This document shows positions 23,813-36,530 of a stretch of 58,781 nt of DNA, in pieces. Position numbers and translations under genes: made by a program. Below the pieces are notes generated by a model that saw nothing but the letters and a program-made list of their open reading frames with translations, was not told the DNA's origin and made no database searches. This DNA is from Octopus bimaculoides (Eukaryota): the NCBI RefSeq assembly GCF_001194135.2, contig NC_068991.1, forward strand, positions 80,538,877-80,597,657. Reading direction: 5' to 3'. Position 1 is the first letter of the stretch. Every line of letters starts with the position of its first letter.

Positions 23813-24559
23813 TATCTCCATCTTATTTAACATGTGAGTTTAACATTGCATTGGAATTCACACTGACATCCTCTTCCTGAAGTCTGTCGGCTTCATACCT
23901 TCTCTTTAGGTCGAGAGAACCTTTACGTGGTCGTACAAGTCAGCTAAAAACAGCAGTCAAATCATAGCCTGGACCGATGTCATCTTAGATTTGCTTAGTC
24001 GGAAAAATAAAAAGTAAAATATAGAAGCAATAAAAAAAAGGACGGGCTTTGATCATAGGTCAGCTTGTTACAGGATAACCTGGGGTTAAAAAGCAAAAGA
24101 AAAACTACAAAAAAAACATACGAACTCAGGTCATCGTCACCACCACCACCACCACCACCACCACTGCTACTATTACTATCACCACTAATACTACCACTGC
24201 TACTACTATTACTACAAGTAGAGAATACTAGAGACTTCTAGATGTGCCCCCCTCCTCCACATTCTCCCTCGATTTCTACCATCATTATTACATTCAACAC
24301 ATCATTATCAGTGCCACACTCTTATTGCTAACACAACTAGCAAGATTTACCTCATCTTTACCCCCCCCCCCCNNNNNNNNNNNNNNNNNNNNNNNNNNNN
24401 NNNNNNNNNNNNNNNNNNNNNNNCCACCACCATCATTACCACTAGTAGAGTGATCGCCACCATCACCACCACCATCATCACTATCGCCAACACTGACTCC
24501 AAGAACACAGCAGACAAGTGCAATGATGACTAGATGAAACTACTACTGTGATTCTATAC

Positions 24560-24598
<39 letters not shown>

Positions 24599-24823
24599 AG
24601 TACGTAGACGCACGTATACACATAGATACACACTAGCGTACATACACAGATATACAGGCGCGACTACACACACGCACGCGCTCTCACAGTAGTCGCGCAC
24701 TTACACACACATAGTAGCACACACGCACTCACACAGATACATACGCACAGAGCTAGCACGCAGCTTGGATGAAAAGAGAGAGAGAGAGAGAGAGTGATCA
24801 GACTACTGGCCTCCCAACCATTC

Positions 24824-24935
24824 ATGCATACCTGCTCGGCTATCTTCGATGATGTGATTTCCCGGGTTCGATTGAATCACCATCGACAGCTCATGACTGA
24901 TTGGATTCTACAAACATCAGCGATTCTCTTTCTAC
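24824..24935. other. candidate first exon (either strand)
   Basis: Unique CpG-containing island between (GA)n runs. Minus donor GAGCAG|gtatgc at 24832 (ATG 24883, MVIQSNPGNHIIEDSRA). Plus donor CTAC|gtaagc at 24935 (ATG 24824, 37 open codons). CCAAT on minus at 24900-24904. Confidence 0.35.
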
Positions 24936-25886
24936 GTAAGCTTTGAAACCCGTGTTGGAATTACAAGAGAGACGGAAGGGTAGGTAAAAAAGAGAGATAA
25001 ACAGATTAATTAGCAGCTAATTGGATTGACAGACGAATGCATGATTAGATTATATTATGAATATATATCTATAAGATACGTGTAGGCAGATGGAGATAGA
25101 TAATGTTTATGTGTATATACACAGACATACAGTCAACAAGATAAACAGACACATAAATAGATAAATTACGAGAGAGAGAGAGAGAGAGAGAGAGAAATGG
25201 TAGAACCAATATGCGAACACGCAGCTAGACATACCTAAACTGATATAAGGAATATATATATACGTATAGCCGTACATATATATACTCGTACTTAATCCTA
25301 TATATACACGCGGACAGCACGGATTTACAAAACTATTTCACAAGAGAATGTTCCCTTCTAAGAAACGGTAAGTACAATTCGAGAGCCTTTTTTTTTTAAT
25401 TCAAAATTCCGTTGATATTTTCTCTACTTTTTCCACCCCGAATTCCTTCCAACGTGAACATTGCAAGAAAACATTAGTTGTTTATGAGATTTTCTCGCGC
25501 ATGTGACATATGTGAGTGTATATATGTATGTGTGGATGGAACTCAGGTGTGTATATAGAAAATGGTTTGTGTCACTGTGGCAGATATTACGTCTATATAA
25601 ATTCTACGAAATTAACTCGATTACGTAGATGTGTATTGAAGACAAATGTATAGAGATATGGGAACCACCTTTTCGGCATTTTTTTTATTACGTTTCTTTT
25701 TTCTGTATATCTGTGGGATTTTTTATAAACAGAAGCTGTGTGGATAAGATGTTATTTACCCCAGACGACGAAGACCCTCACTACTTAACTCAACCCCCCC
25801 CCCTCGTTTCACTGTGTCCGTTCCCCTTCTGGACAAACGGGTGTGTATTTGGTCGGAAGCTATGTAGATTTATATGCACCACGTAC

Positions 25887-25920
<34 letters not shown>

Positions 25921-26250
25921 ACTCTATAAACATATATATGGGTATATACAACTTTATAAACATATATGTGTATGAATATACCTGTACACGCACGTACGTG
26001 TGCGTAATACAAAAGGCAGACACAGGTGTGTACNNNNNNNNNNNNNNNNNNNNNNNNNNNNNNNNNNNNNNNNNNNNNNNNNNNNNNNNNNNNNNNNNNN
26101 NNNNNNNNNNNNNNNNNNNNNNNNNNNNNNNNNNNNNNNNNNNNNNNNNNNNNNNNNNNNNNNNNNNNNNNNNNNNNNNNNNNNNNNNNNNNNNNNNNNN
26201 NNNNNNNNNNNNNNNNNNNNNNNNNNNNNNNNNNNNNNNNNNNNNNNNNN

Positions 26251-26295
<45 letters not shown>

Positions 26296-26314
26296 CCTTA
26301 CAACTTTACTGTTT

Positions 26315-26347
<33 letters not shown>

Positions 26348-26744
26348 ACAGAATGAAGTGAAGCCAAGTCCTGTACAAGCTCACTAGTCCTAAACCTATC
26401 CACAGATAATATTACAAGTATTTGGAGTGGTTTGGCTGTTTATATATATATGAAAACTTCAGATATCGTCGTTATTGCAAGCTTGCTCGACCAAATATCG
26501 AAAATGATAAACTCCGAGTAAACGAATTGTGAAGTTTTCAGCTTCTAATAAAAGCCGATATATGTAATGAGCCAACATTTTTGAGGGGGCGGGGTATGTT
26601 ACATTATCATTGCATACATTTGTTGGTTTGATGAAGTAAATAGCGACTATGTTTCGTGTTGGTTTGGTTGAAATGTTGACTAATCACGCACCGCCACCCT
26701 CTCCCGGTCACCTTCGCTTCAGTCAAAAAACCTATGCCAGGCAA

Positions 26745-27075
26745 ATCTTTCAAGTTAAACTCGACTGTCTTAGAAAATGGGGACACACCTATTTCTCAAT
26801 GGACTCAACCTGAGAATAGACGGGATGGTCACGGTTAGATTATCTGTTCGACCAAAACTGAGCTGGGGGCCAAAGAACAAGGTGGGAATATCTACATGGT
26901 TAACCGGTTTGCTAGAAACAGCAAACAAATTCTGCCAAGTCACACCTTAGAAAAGAAGGGCGTGTTAATACGGTTGTCAATATAATTGTCAATGGACTGT
27001 GCCTATGAATAGACGCGATGGTCATAGATGGAATATCTGCTCAAATTAAACTGAGCTGGGGCCAAACAACGAAGG
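26745..27075 (+). repeat. head-to-tail copies of a dispersed SINE-like repeat (GCTAGAAA(T/C)AGC ... GGGATGGTCACGG ... CTGAGCTGGGG)
   Basis: Two tandem diverged copies; further copies at about 28555-28900 and 30100-30470, and reverse copies at about 12060-12480. Confidence 0.7.
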
Positions 27076-27223
27076 AACTATCGAGCGGGAGCTAAAGAAT
27101 GAAGCAGGAACCTTTATGAGCAACGCTTCGAAGCATCGGTTTGAGAGGGATCGTGTGTGTGTGTGTGTCGTTTGTAAAAAACATAAATCCGAAAGAAGAG
27201 GCACACTCTAAGATGTAGAGCAG

Positions 27224-27255
<32 letters not shown>

Positions 27256-27329
27256 GATATCAGCCAAATCACAACTCTGCAATCTTAGAAAAGGTAACCG
27301 ATTAAAAAATAATTTATTTTATTGTTTCT

Positions 27330-27966
27330 ACTGGTTGGGACCATCTTTTTAGTGAAATGTATTATCCGAAGATTTAATAATATTTTATGAAGAACATTTT
27401 CCTTAATTTCGAGTTGTTGAGCAGGTCGGGTGCGCTTTGTAGTTCTTGATGGTCACGCTGATTGGACTAAGCGGTTTACATCACTATTGCCTCGATTAGG
27501 GCCGATGGGAGGATGTGCAATATATATATTGCGTGGAGCTCGAAAAATTCGTTGTAACTCATAAAATGTAAAACTGTTCGCATTTATACTGAAGACATAC
27601 TTTGTCGTGCTTTGGGTCATCGTGTCCTGGTAGAGTGATAGGGATACTAGCGTAACTAGGGGGAGCGGTAGGGGCGGTCTGCTGTAGGCAATTTGTGTTT
27701 TTTTGTGGGATTCGGGGGTGGCAAACGGAAGGGCTGCCCCAGGCGGCACACATTCTAGCTACGCTAGTGGATAGGGGTATCGTTGAGACATGCGACTTGT
27801 CTCGGTCATCGAAGAACTGGTGGACTCCAGGCCTGACCACAACTAACTTCTTTCGGAAGGCATCAATCACAGAAGAGAGAGAGAGAGAGAATCGACCCCA
27901 CTCTTGGATTGATACTTTAGTTATCGCCCGCAAAGGATGAAAGTTACTGTTACAAGCTGCTGCCAA
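27330..27966 (-). mobile_element. possible LINE remnant (ORF1 end / APE endonuclease start), CR1/L2-like
   Basis: After MITE removal the frame is open for about 130 codons. KYVFSINANSF..YELQ and VTIKNYKAH resemble the N-terminus of APE domains (NaxSl.nK..EL; IxNYxxxRxDR). Confidence 0.35.
27645..27769. mobile_element. hAT-type MITE, same family as 2661-2832
   Basis: TIRs TACTAGCGTAACTAG ... CTAGCTACGCTAGTG; 8-bp TSD GATAGGGA / GATAGGGG; internal sequence matches 2661-2832 in reverse orientation. Confidence 0.9.
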
Positions 27967-29299
27967 CTGTGATCTGCGGTCTTTGATAATGATTGTCGCT
28001 TTCTAATGGAGAAGGAAGAATGCAAAGAAACGAGTGATTGATTTTTCCCCAATCCATTCCTTACTCTTTTCCATTCCCATAGAGTAAGGACAGCAACTGG
28101 CTAAGGAGGGCGAGGGGCAGTCTGCTTCGGTCGATGCTTTTATGGAGGTGGCACTTTTGGGTCGACTGTATAAGCTTGCATAGGCTTTGGCGTGGGGGAA
28201 TGGTAGAGCGACGCAGAACTCAAAGACTGCTTCGGGTGGTAGCTAGATTGTCTACCCTGACCAGAGTTCGGAGACGAATGTAAAAATTTCCCAAGTTGAC
28301 TTGGGTGGGATTTGAAACCTAAGCGCAGAAAGCAATTTATCCGGCCCTCCACCTTATCGAAAACTAGCATTCATACTTTGTAACACTGAATAGGCTGGAC
28401 AGTTGGCTCCGGTCGTCTGCCGTGTTGTAGTTGTAGCTTCTATAAAATGCACCATGAAGTTCCGGGTATTGGTCATATGTCTGTGAATTCTTATGTCAGA
28501 CATTTTATCGGAATACGACAAATAAGTCACACAAACGAAGGAACTTTTACACAGCCAGGTAGTTTGCTAGAAACAGCAGCCAGATACTGCCAAGTCATAT
28601 CCTACTCTCTTAGACGTCAATGTTGTTGTCAATGGACACTCCCTAGGACAGGTTGGTCATGTTTAAAATATCTGCTCGACTAAAACTGGGCTCAGATCAG
28701 ACAACAAAGCAGGAGCGTTTATGTAGTCGCTCGACTTGCTAGACATAGTAGCCAAATCATACCCAACTATCTTAGAAAAGAACATATGACATAATGTGGT
28801 CGTAGATAGATTGTGCCGATGGGGAAGGAAAAAAAAAAGGACGGGATGGTCACGGTTAGGATATCTGCTTGTTCAGAGCTGAAATCGGAGTTAAACAACA
28901 TAGCGACCTCTATGTGGCCTCTTGAGACGCTAGAAATAGCAATAATTTTTCCCTTATGTCTATCTCACACCTCTGTTGTTTGTTTTTATTTTTTGTTTGT
29001 TTCTTTTTAACGGTAAGGGCGCTTTGCTTAATGTGATCCGAAATATAAAATGGCCAGGATTGGAATCGTCGTGTGCGCTTTTGCAGTGCTTCGATGACAC
29101 CAGAGAAAGTCTTCCCCATTAAATTCGTTCTGATTTTCTCAGTGTTTTCTTGGCAGAGATAAAATCTGGGTGGTTCGTCATTGCCTTCGCGAACAGAAGT
29201 GCCGCTGGCCCACAAGGAGCTCATCCGCCCTTCTGGAATACCTTTGATTATCAGCACTCTGCTGCTTGATCAGGGTTGACCTGGGTTAAACAACACGCC

Positions 29300-29460
29300 C
29301 AGGCGCGGTCCCAGGAATTTTTTGAAGGGAGGGCACAAGGTCAGAAAAAGAATACTATTCCAGGAGAAAAGAGGGTAACAACATTATTTAGAAGGGCGCA
29401 CTTCTTTTCTTGAGGAGGGCACCTGTCCCTCAGCACCCCTCGCCCCTTGGGTCCGCCATG
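29300..29460. mobile_element. GC-ended MITE
   Basis: Imperfect TIRs CAGGCGCGGTCCCAGG ... CCTTGGGTCCGCCATG; no clear TSD. Confidence 0.55.
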
Positions 29461-31009
29461 ACGCTAGACTAGTAGTTTCCACCGGCGTCTTGTAAAATGT
29501 TTCTTCTTGGGGTTATTATAGAAGTACGAACAAAAAAGGCGATAGAATGACGGACTCAGTGGGTGAGACGGAATCCACTACGGACGTAGTAACCCTTGTT
29601 GGATAGGGGTTAGGGTTACAGAAATACCGAAATCTCTCGGTGAATTTTAGAATAGGGAAGGAATGTACTTTTTCCCTTTCCTCCGGGAAAAGAAAAGCGA
29701 ACTAATCTGGAGGTGAGGATGGGGGGGGGGCAAAAATGTTAAAATATGAAATTTTTTGAAATAAATAATAAATTCTTCGGAATATATTTCTCGTTATATA
29801 AAACAGAGGAATACATAACAACAAAATAAAAACTATGCTGTTCGTTGCATTTTCCCTCCGCTATGAAGTAGTAACAGTTGGCTTTTCCAGAAGTTCTCTC
29901 CATTGTTCAACACGTGGCATTTGAGATATATTCAAAAGGTGGGAATTGAGTCGCTGACAAAGGGTTTTTTAAAAATTTTCTTTTGGTGGAAAAGGAAAGG
30001 AAGAAGAAGAAAAAAACACACGAAAATATTGGGTTCTCATGACTGGAATGCTTTTGATCATATCAAGGTTCACAACTATAGCAATCCCTTTATGGTCATT
30101 CAGCTTGCAAGAAATAGTGACCAAATCTCCTTCAAATCATGTCCTACCGTATTATACAGGGAAGACATATTGGATCATGTTCTTTGATACACTCAGTGTG
30201 CGTGTGTGTGTCGGTATGGTCACATGTGGAATGCCCTTTGATAAGAGGTTTGCTCAGTCAACAATTAAAACGACCCCCCCCTCACCCACATGGTCATCGG
30301 TCCGCTTGAATTAGCACTAAGTCGCTTTCAAGACATAATATCCTATCGTTATAAAAGAAGGGCACGTAGTTTCTGGATCCGATATATCTGAAAGAAAGAA
30401 CAACAATCAGGATGGTCACATTTGGAATACTTTCTGATAAAAGCTTTGCTCACTCAGCATTGACAACAACGACAAGACTCTTCACTGAGTAGCGGATTAA
30501 AGGATTAGCAATATCTTCAGGGTAAATCTTTTACTATTACACCCACCTCCAAACTCTGATATCAGTGGACTGTCACCAACTCAAGAAGGAAAAGATCAAA
30601 GAATTAGGTGGTTGCTTCTGTAAAAGAATTTCTTTTACATTTTTTGATCAACCAATTCCGCGCCCTTTTCCGGCAAATTTTGACTTTTATACTTGTCTCA
30701 TGAAACGAATGAAATAGTATAAATTTGCCGTGTTTGGTTACATCGAGCGTTTAAAATTTTTAGGGTCGACTTTTTGCCCTTCGTCATTCCTGTGGTCGAT
30801 AGAATTGGTAACCGACACAACTCATCCATACCTCCTAGATATGTTTTTACAGTCCATGTTAGAATAAATTTATTATCGTGTCCGGAGGGCGCGGTTGACA
30901 TTGGGTGACATCAGAACTTACAGTCAAGTGGCTACTATTTAAAACGATATTATTTGACTAAATCTGCCCTACCGTCGTTGCTATCAAATAATTATTGAAT
31001 TTCTTTGAC

Positions 31010-32060
31010 CCCAAGGCAGTGAGTTGGCATGCCACAAATAAGTACCAGTTGAATATTGAGGGTCGATGTAATCGACTAAACACTCCTGGACCCACAAATT
31101 CTAGGCCTTGTGCTTCTAGGAGAAAGAATTATTATTAACGAAATGGCAGAATCGTTAGGATGCCGAACAAACCGCTTGGCGACATTCACTCCGGCTTTAC
31201 GGAGTCAATAACAACAAAGTATCAATCAAGTACTGAGATCAATGTAATCGATCTACCCCTCCCCTCAAAACTGTTGGCCTTGTGCCAGAATTAGAAAGGA
31301 TCATAATTGTCATCATTATATTATTGCCAACATAACGAGATTCATTACTGTTTCTGTCGTTTATTCATTTTGGTAAAGCATAAAAGCCATAACATCTCAA
31401 GCTTATCATTCATTATTAAAATACTGAATAGACATTTCTTCCTTGGTGGGGGTGGGAGATTGATTGCATTTGTCCACGTACGTGACTGATACTTTATGTA
31501 TCGACCTAAAGAATGACAACAAATGAAGAAACGACTGGCATCGTCGATAGAGCGTCGCAAAAATATACGCCACGGTATTTGATTTGGTTCCTCAGGTTCT
31601 GAGTTCAAAAACCGTTCATAAAAGAAAGTAGCAATCAAGTAGTGGAGTTGATGGCATCGATTCATACCTTTCCAAAGATCGCCCGTACTTCTTCTGGCTT
31701 TTTACGTTCTGAGTTCAAATCCTGCCGTGGTTAACTTTATCTACCCCCACCACCACTATTCCCCGTCTCCGGGTCAATAAATTAGAGTACCAGTGGAGCT
31801 GAGATCGATTAAATTCCTCCCTAACAACACTTTGGATCTAATTAAGAAACCATTATCATCATTATTATTAGCATCATCAAGACGGCGAAGAGCTGGCAGA
31901 ATGGTTAACACAGCGGATAAAACGTTCCGAGTTCAAATTCTGTCCAGATCGACTTTACTTTTCATCCTTCTGGGATCGATGAAATATATACCAGTTGAAC
32001 ACTGGGGTCGATGTTCCCCTAAGTTTCTGGTCTTTTGCTTATAATAGAAAGAATTATTAT
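31010..32060 (+). mobile_element. cluster of about 5 diverged Meta/MESC-domain SINE copies, same orientation
   Basis: Repeated TGGCAGAAT(C/G)GTTA, GTTC(T/C)GAGTTCAAA, AGTACCAGT, GGGGTCGAT and AGAAAGAATTATT blocks. Confidence 0.8.
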
Positions 32061-32839
32061 TAATGTAATCTAAATTAAATAAAAATGACCCTTCCATTCC
32101 ACCGATTATTTTGCTTTCTGTTTTTTTCTCGTTTACTTTAGTTTTCTTTTGTTGTCAAGAAATTGGTTTCTGGTGAAATCGACTGGAATTTTACGAAATG
32201 AAGCTTTCTTCGCTTTCATAGACTGCAACACTCTTGTTTCTGTTATAATAGTATTTCCTTTGCGATGTCGTTCTTTAACCTGCTCCCACTATCCCGGTCT
32301 ATTCATTGCTCTTCCTACAAGAACAACAACAGCAACAACACGTGTGTTTAACTGTAAATATCGATTTCGTCATACTGTAAGCCACAAGGCCTCGAGTTTG
32401 GGAGAGAAAAAGAAGAGAGAGAAAGAACTAACATACTCTTAGTCTTCAATTATAATTGGCATTCGCATTTCGTATGCTTTATGGGGATATTAAACTAACA
32501 TTAGCTCTGTCGTGGATAACCAAGTCAAATCCCTTGGGAATTTTATATATCTTAACATTTTACAGTATCAAGTATCACAAAACTCACAGAATGCAAATAA
32601 CTGTTTCCATTGATATATTCTATTAGACAGCTCTCTGTTACACACACACACACACACGGAGCAACATTTACCATGGTATAACTACAGATTAGGTCCCCGA
32701 TCCTCTCTCCATCAACTTTGTTTCTCTATGGTTTACCTTTTAAAAATGCGTGTTTTTAAGTAAAATCTCGAAGAGATATATTTTTGAGGCTGTGAATTAT
32801 AATTATGTTAATAAAATTCAATAAAAGAAACCTAGAGGA

Positions 32840-33050
32840 GGAGTTCCGGTTCGCTATTCGTCGCGCCCGCCTAGATTTTGTTCCAACTAATATCTGCGAC
32901 TGTTTCAGTATTTTTCACATTTTTGTCTCTGATCTATAAATTTGAAACTTTGACATTACGTAACCGACAGTCACGAGAACGTATTTCCTCAAAATGGCAT
33001 TAAAGAAATATGCATTTTAAAGAGACTTATGAGAAAACAATGTCAGGTGC
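32840..33050 (+). promoter_or_regulatory. possible promoter/TSS region
   Basis: Local CpG peak TTCCGGTTCGCTATTCGTCGCGCCCGCC, TTACGTAA at 32956 and YY1-like AAAATGGC at 32991. Could instead be a non-autonomous DNA transposon. Confidence 0.25.
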
Positions 33051-33399
33051 GAAGGAGAATCGTCCGAAACTCATTTTTTTTCTTTTTTTTTTCAAGCTAA
33101 TCGTAATGTAGAGCCTCGAAAATGTATCTGCGAAATTTCGTTAAAATAACTGTTAGAAAATTCTTAGAAATTTGGAGAAACAAAGTCGGGTGAGGCACCA
33201 AACTATAGTTATACCACTACTACTTTTGTCTGGTTTACGATATACTTTTAAACAGTAACGGATCCCTAATAAATATAATTAATGTGACCCCCTACTTCCA
33301 CAATTAATACTGGACCCAGTACTTGATTGTTGCTTTATCTCCAGTTCAGTATATTCTTTTAAATCGTAACGAAATGAGTTATTATTTATTTTAGTCAAA

Positions 33400-34140
33400 G
33401 AATTGTCACTTAGAGACACGGAATTTCGTTCTGGTTCTTTATGTTCTGAGTTCAAATACCACCGAAGTCAACATTGCTTTTTATGTTTTTGTGGTCGATA
33501 AAATAAAGTACCGGTCAAGTAATGATATCCCAAATTTCTGCTCTTGTACGTAATTTAGAAACAGTTAAAGAGCGGTGGAATGACAGAATCGTTAGAGCAT
33601 CGAAAAATACTTTTTGTGGTATTTCTTCCAGTTCTTTGCGTTCTGAGTTCAAATCCCTTTCGAGATCGATCAAATAAAGTACAAGTCAATTGCTCAGGTG
33701 AAGGGTATCCACTAACATTGACATCCACCCCTCAAAATTGCGAGCGTTGAGTCTAAATTAGAAACAATTATTTGGAGCAGAGAAGTGGTGGCGCACAAAA
33801 ATATTTTGTGGTGTTTACTTAAAGCTTTCTCCGTTCAGAGTTCAAACTCGGTCGAGGTCAACCTTTCCTTTTAAACCACGGGGTTGAGTTTGTGGTCTCG
33901 TTAGAAACGTCAGAGGTGATAATAATCATTGCCAAGGATCAGTAGAGCGTCTGGCAAAATGCCTTGCGCTATTCCTTCCGACTCTTTACGTTCTGAGTTC
34001 AAATCCCGCAGCGGTCAACTTAGCCTTTCATCCTTTTGGGGTCGATAAAATAAAGTACGAGAAAGTTGATGGTATCCTCTAACACCTACCCCGATAAACT
34101 ACTGATTCGCCTTGTATCGTATCAGAAATTATTGCATAGC
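33400..34140 (+). mobile_element. four abutting Meta/MESC-domain SINE copies
   Basis: GTTCTGAGTTCAAA-type B-box recurs at about 33443, 33640, 33832 and 33989, each followed by GTCGAT..AATAAAGTAC-like domains. Confidence 0.8.
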
Positions 34141-34225
34141 TGTTTCCTGTATTCTTCTGATAATAAATGTCAAGGGAAGAAGAAAACAAAAGCAAGAAAA
34201 ACAAACATTGAGGGACAGAGAGAGA

Positions 34226-34274
<49 letters not shown>

Positions 34275-34577
34275 ACTGTGTACGTGTGAGATTGAAAGAG
34301 TGATCGTGTACTACAAAAACGATGTAGAATTCATCTACTTAAATCAATAAGCTTCAAACCAACCATTATTTTGTTGTTGCTACCTGTTTCTATCATTTTC
34401 TATCTGTCTGTCTTTCTTCACTTTTTATATAACCTCCATGAAGAATTTATTGTTTCTTGGCAAAACTTTTGTATCTTGTCTGATCTTGTTTCTTTGCTTA
34501 TGTCAAGGAGACAATTGTCACACAGAAGCACAGGTTAATGACTTCTTTGAACGTGCACAAATTGTGTGAGTGTGTAT

Positions 34578-34629
<52 letters not shown>

Positions 34630-35032
34630 ATAGATAGGTAGATGAATAGATAGACAGACAGACAGATAGATAGATATTAATGATAGTTTTATGTCAAATT
34701 ATATATGGAAACGTTTTTACATTAAACTAAACCTTTTGGTAAAGTACGTATTTATGAATCTATAAGTTTGTATATGAGTGTGTGTATTAATGTTTGTTTT
34801 TATGTCAAATTGTCTATAAAAACAATTCGACGTTCAACTTTTTAGTAGAGAACATGTTCGTTGACCTTTAGAAAGAAATGAAAAGGTTGATAGCGACTTC
34901 GAAGTTTCATCATACTTGTCATCAAGCTGTCACTTTATTTTTTTCCTTGTAAAAGTTAATGTGTATGCAGGTATACAAACACACATGTATGTATGCTCTG
35001 CCTGCTGGAAATAGCAACCAAATCTCCAAATC

Positions 35033-35218
35033 CCCGAAATGCTTAGCAGTATTTCGTCTGTCTTTACGTTCCGAGTTCAAATTCCGCCGAAGTTGACTTT
35101 GCCTTTCATACTTTTGGAGTCGTTAAATTAAGTACCAGTTGCGTACTCGGGTCGATCTAATCGACTAGGCCCCACTCCCCCAAATTTCGAGCCTTGTGCT
35201 AGAGTAGAAAAGAATAAT
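35033..35218 (+). mobile_element. young 5'-truncated Meta/MESC-domain SINE
   Basis: GTTCCGAGTTCAAATTCCGCCGAAGTTGACTTTGCCTTTCAT...TAAGTACCAGTTGCGTACT...AGTAGAAAAGAAT. Confidence 0.9.
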
Positions 35219-36530
35219 AGTCCCAAAACACATTATAATTGAAAATTAAAAAAGGAAAATCTATATGTGTTGGTCATGGCTTGATTGTCAGTGGTAGGAG
35301 TAGTCTACCAGTAAACTGATTACTTAGTGTCGAATAACAGTTTGTTGGTGGTGAGAGTTTTAAGAAGGTGGGTGTATTGGCTGAAGGGGGATGGGTAGAG
35401 AATTCCTTTCAGCTGGTGATTCAAAAGAATGAATCCTAATTTTGCCTCCTGAAAGAATTCCTTGTCAGAGTAGCCATGGGGAAAAACACCATTTTGGAAA
35501 CAGACCCTACTACTGTGTGTGCGTGTGAGCATATTTTTGTTTTTGACAACAAGGATTCAGTTATTTGATCAACTGAATTACCTGCTCCTGAATGTAAGTG
35601 ACTGAGTATTCCACAGACATGTGTACCCAGTTCTGCCAATCTCCTCTATTCACCTTGTATCTTCAGGCTCCACCCAGTCACCTCACCACCACTATTTCCA
35701 GCTCATTCCAGCTTAACCCCAGCTACTCCCTCCCTTTCTTCTATAATGTTATCTACCCATTTAGCCCCTTTACTGCAAGAAACCTAATCCGTGCTGGTCC
35801 CTCTTCTACTTTAATCCCTTATCTCTAGCATAAAACCACCCCCCTCTCAATTGTCGCCCCACTCAATCAAAAATGATCTTAGTCTTGCAGGATGCATGAT
35901 AACCTCACTCATGCTGGTGCTACAAAAAAAGCACACAGTACATACCGTAAAGGGGTTGGCATTGGAAAAGGGCACTCAGTTGGGAATTAAATATTATCTT
36001 GGTACTTTATTCTGTCGGCCCTCAAAGGATGCTGATTTAACCTGTGTACGTATGTATGTATGTGTGTATGTATAGGTGTGTATGTGTGTATGTATAGGTG
36101 TGTATGTGTGTATAACTTTGTCATCTTCAGTAATGTTTCTGTTTTCTGAGCCAGACCCTGTCAAGAGAATGCGAATAGAAAATCTATCAAGACAACGATG
36201 ATGATGATGAATAAATGGCTGCAATATAATTAGACCCGAGTGCCATTATTCTAACCAGCTCCACCAACTTATCTCCATTTTACATTGACTTGTTAGACAC
36301 AGTGAGTTAATTAAATGGTGGCAATTTCCTTTATATCTGATATTGATTGGACTATTAACTGGTTGCCAGGTCTGTTAGCACCATGTTACCAATTCTTGGA
36401 TTCTTGTAGTACAGGCCTCAGTAGCCATATTACACGTGTGTATAGCCACATACATTCACATATGCACAGATACACACAAATGTATACGTACATGTGTGTT
36501 TATATATGTATGTGTGTATGTGTGCATATA

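Noticed and set aside
24045-24135. Extra AGGTCA sites at 24057 and 24128 as part of the receptor cluster
   Set aside because: 24057 lies in the dispersed repeat motif TTTGATCATAGGTCAGCTTG and 24128 is isolated, so neither was counted.
29596-29620. Interstitial telomere (GGGGTTAGGGTTA)
   Set aside because: Only one to two units, expected by chance or from a repeat fragment.
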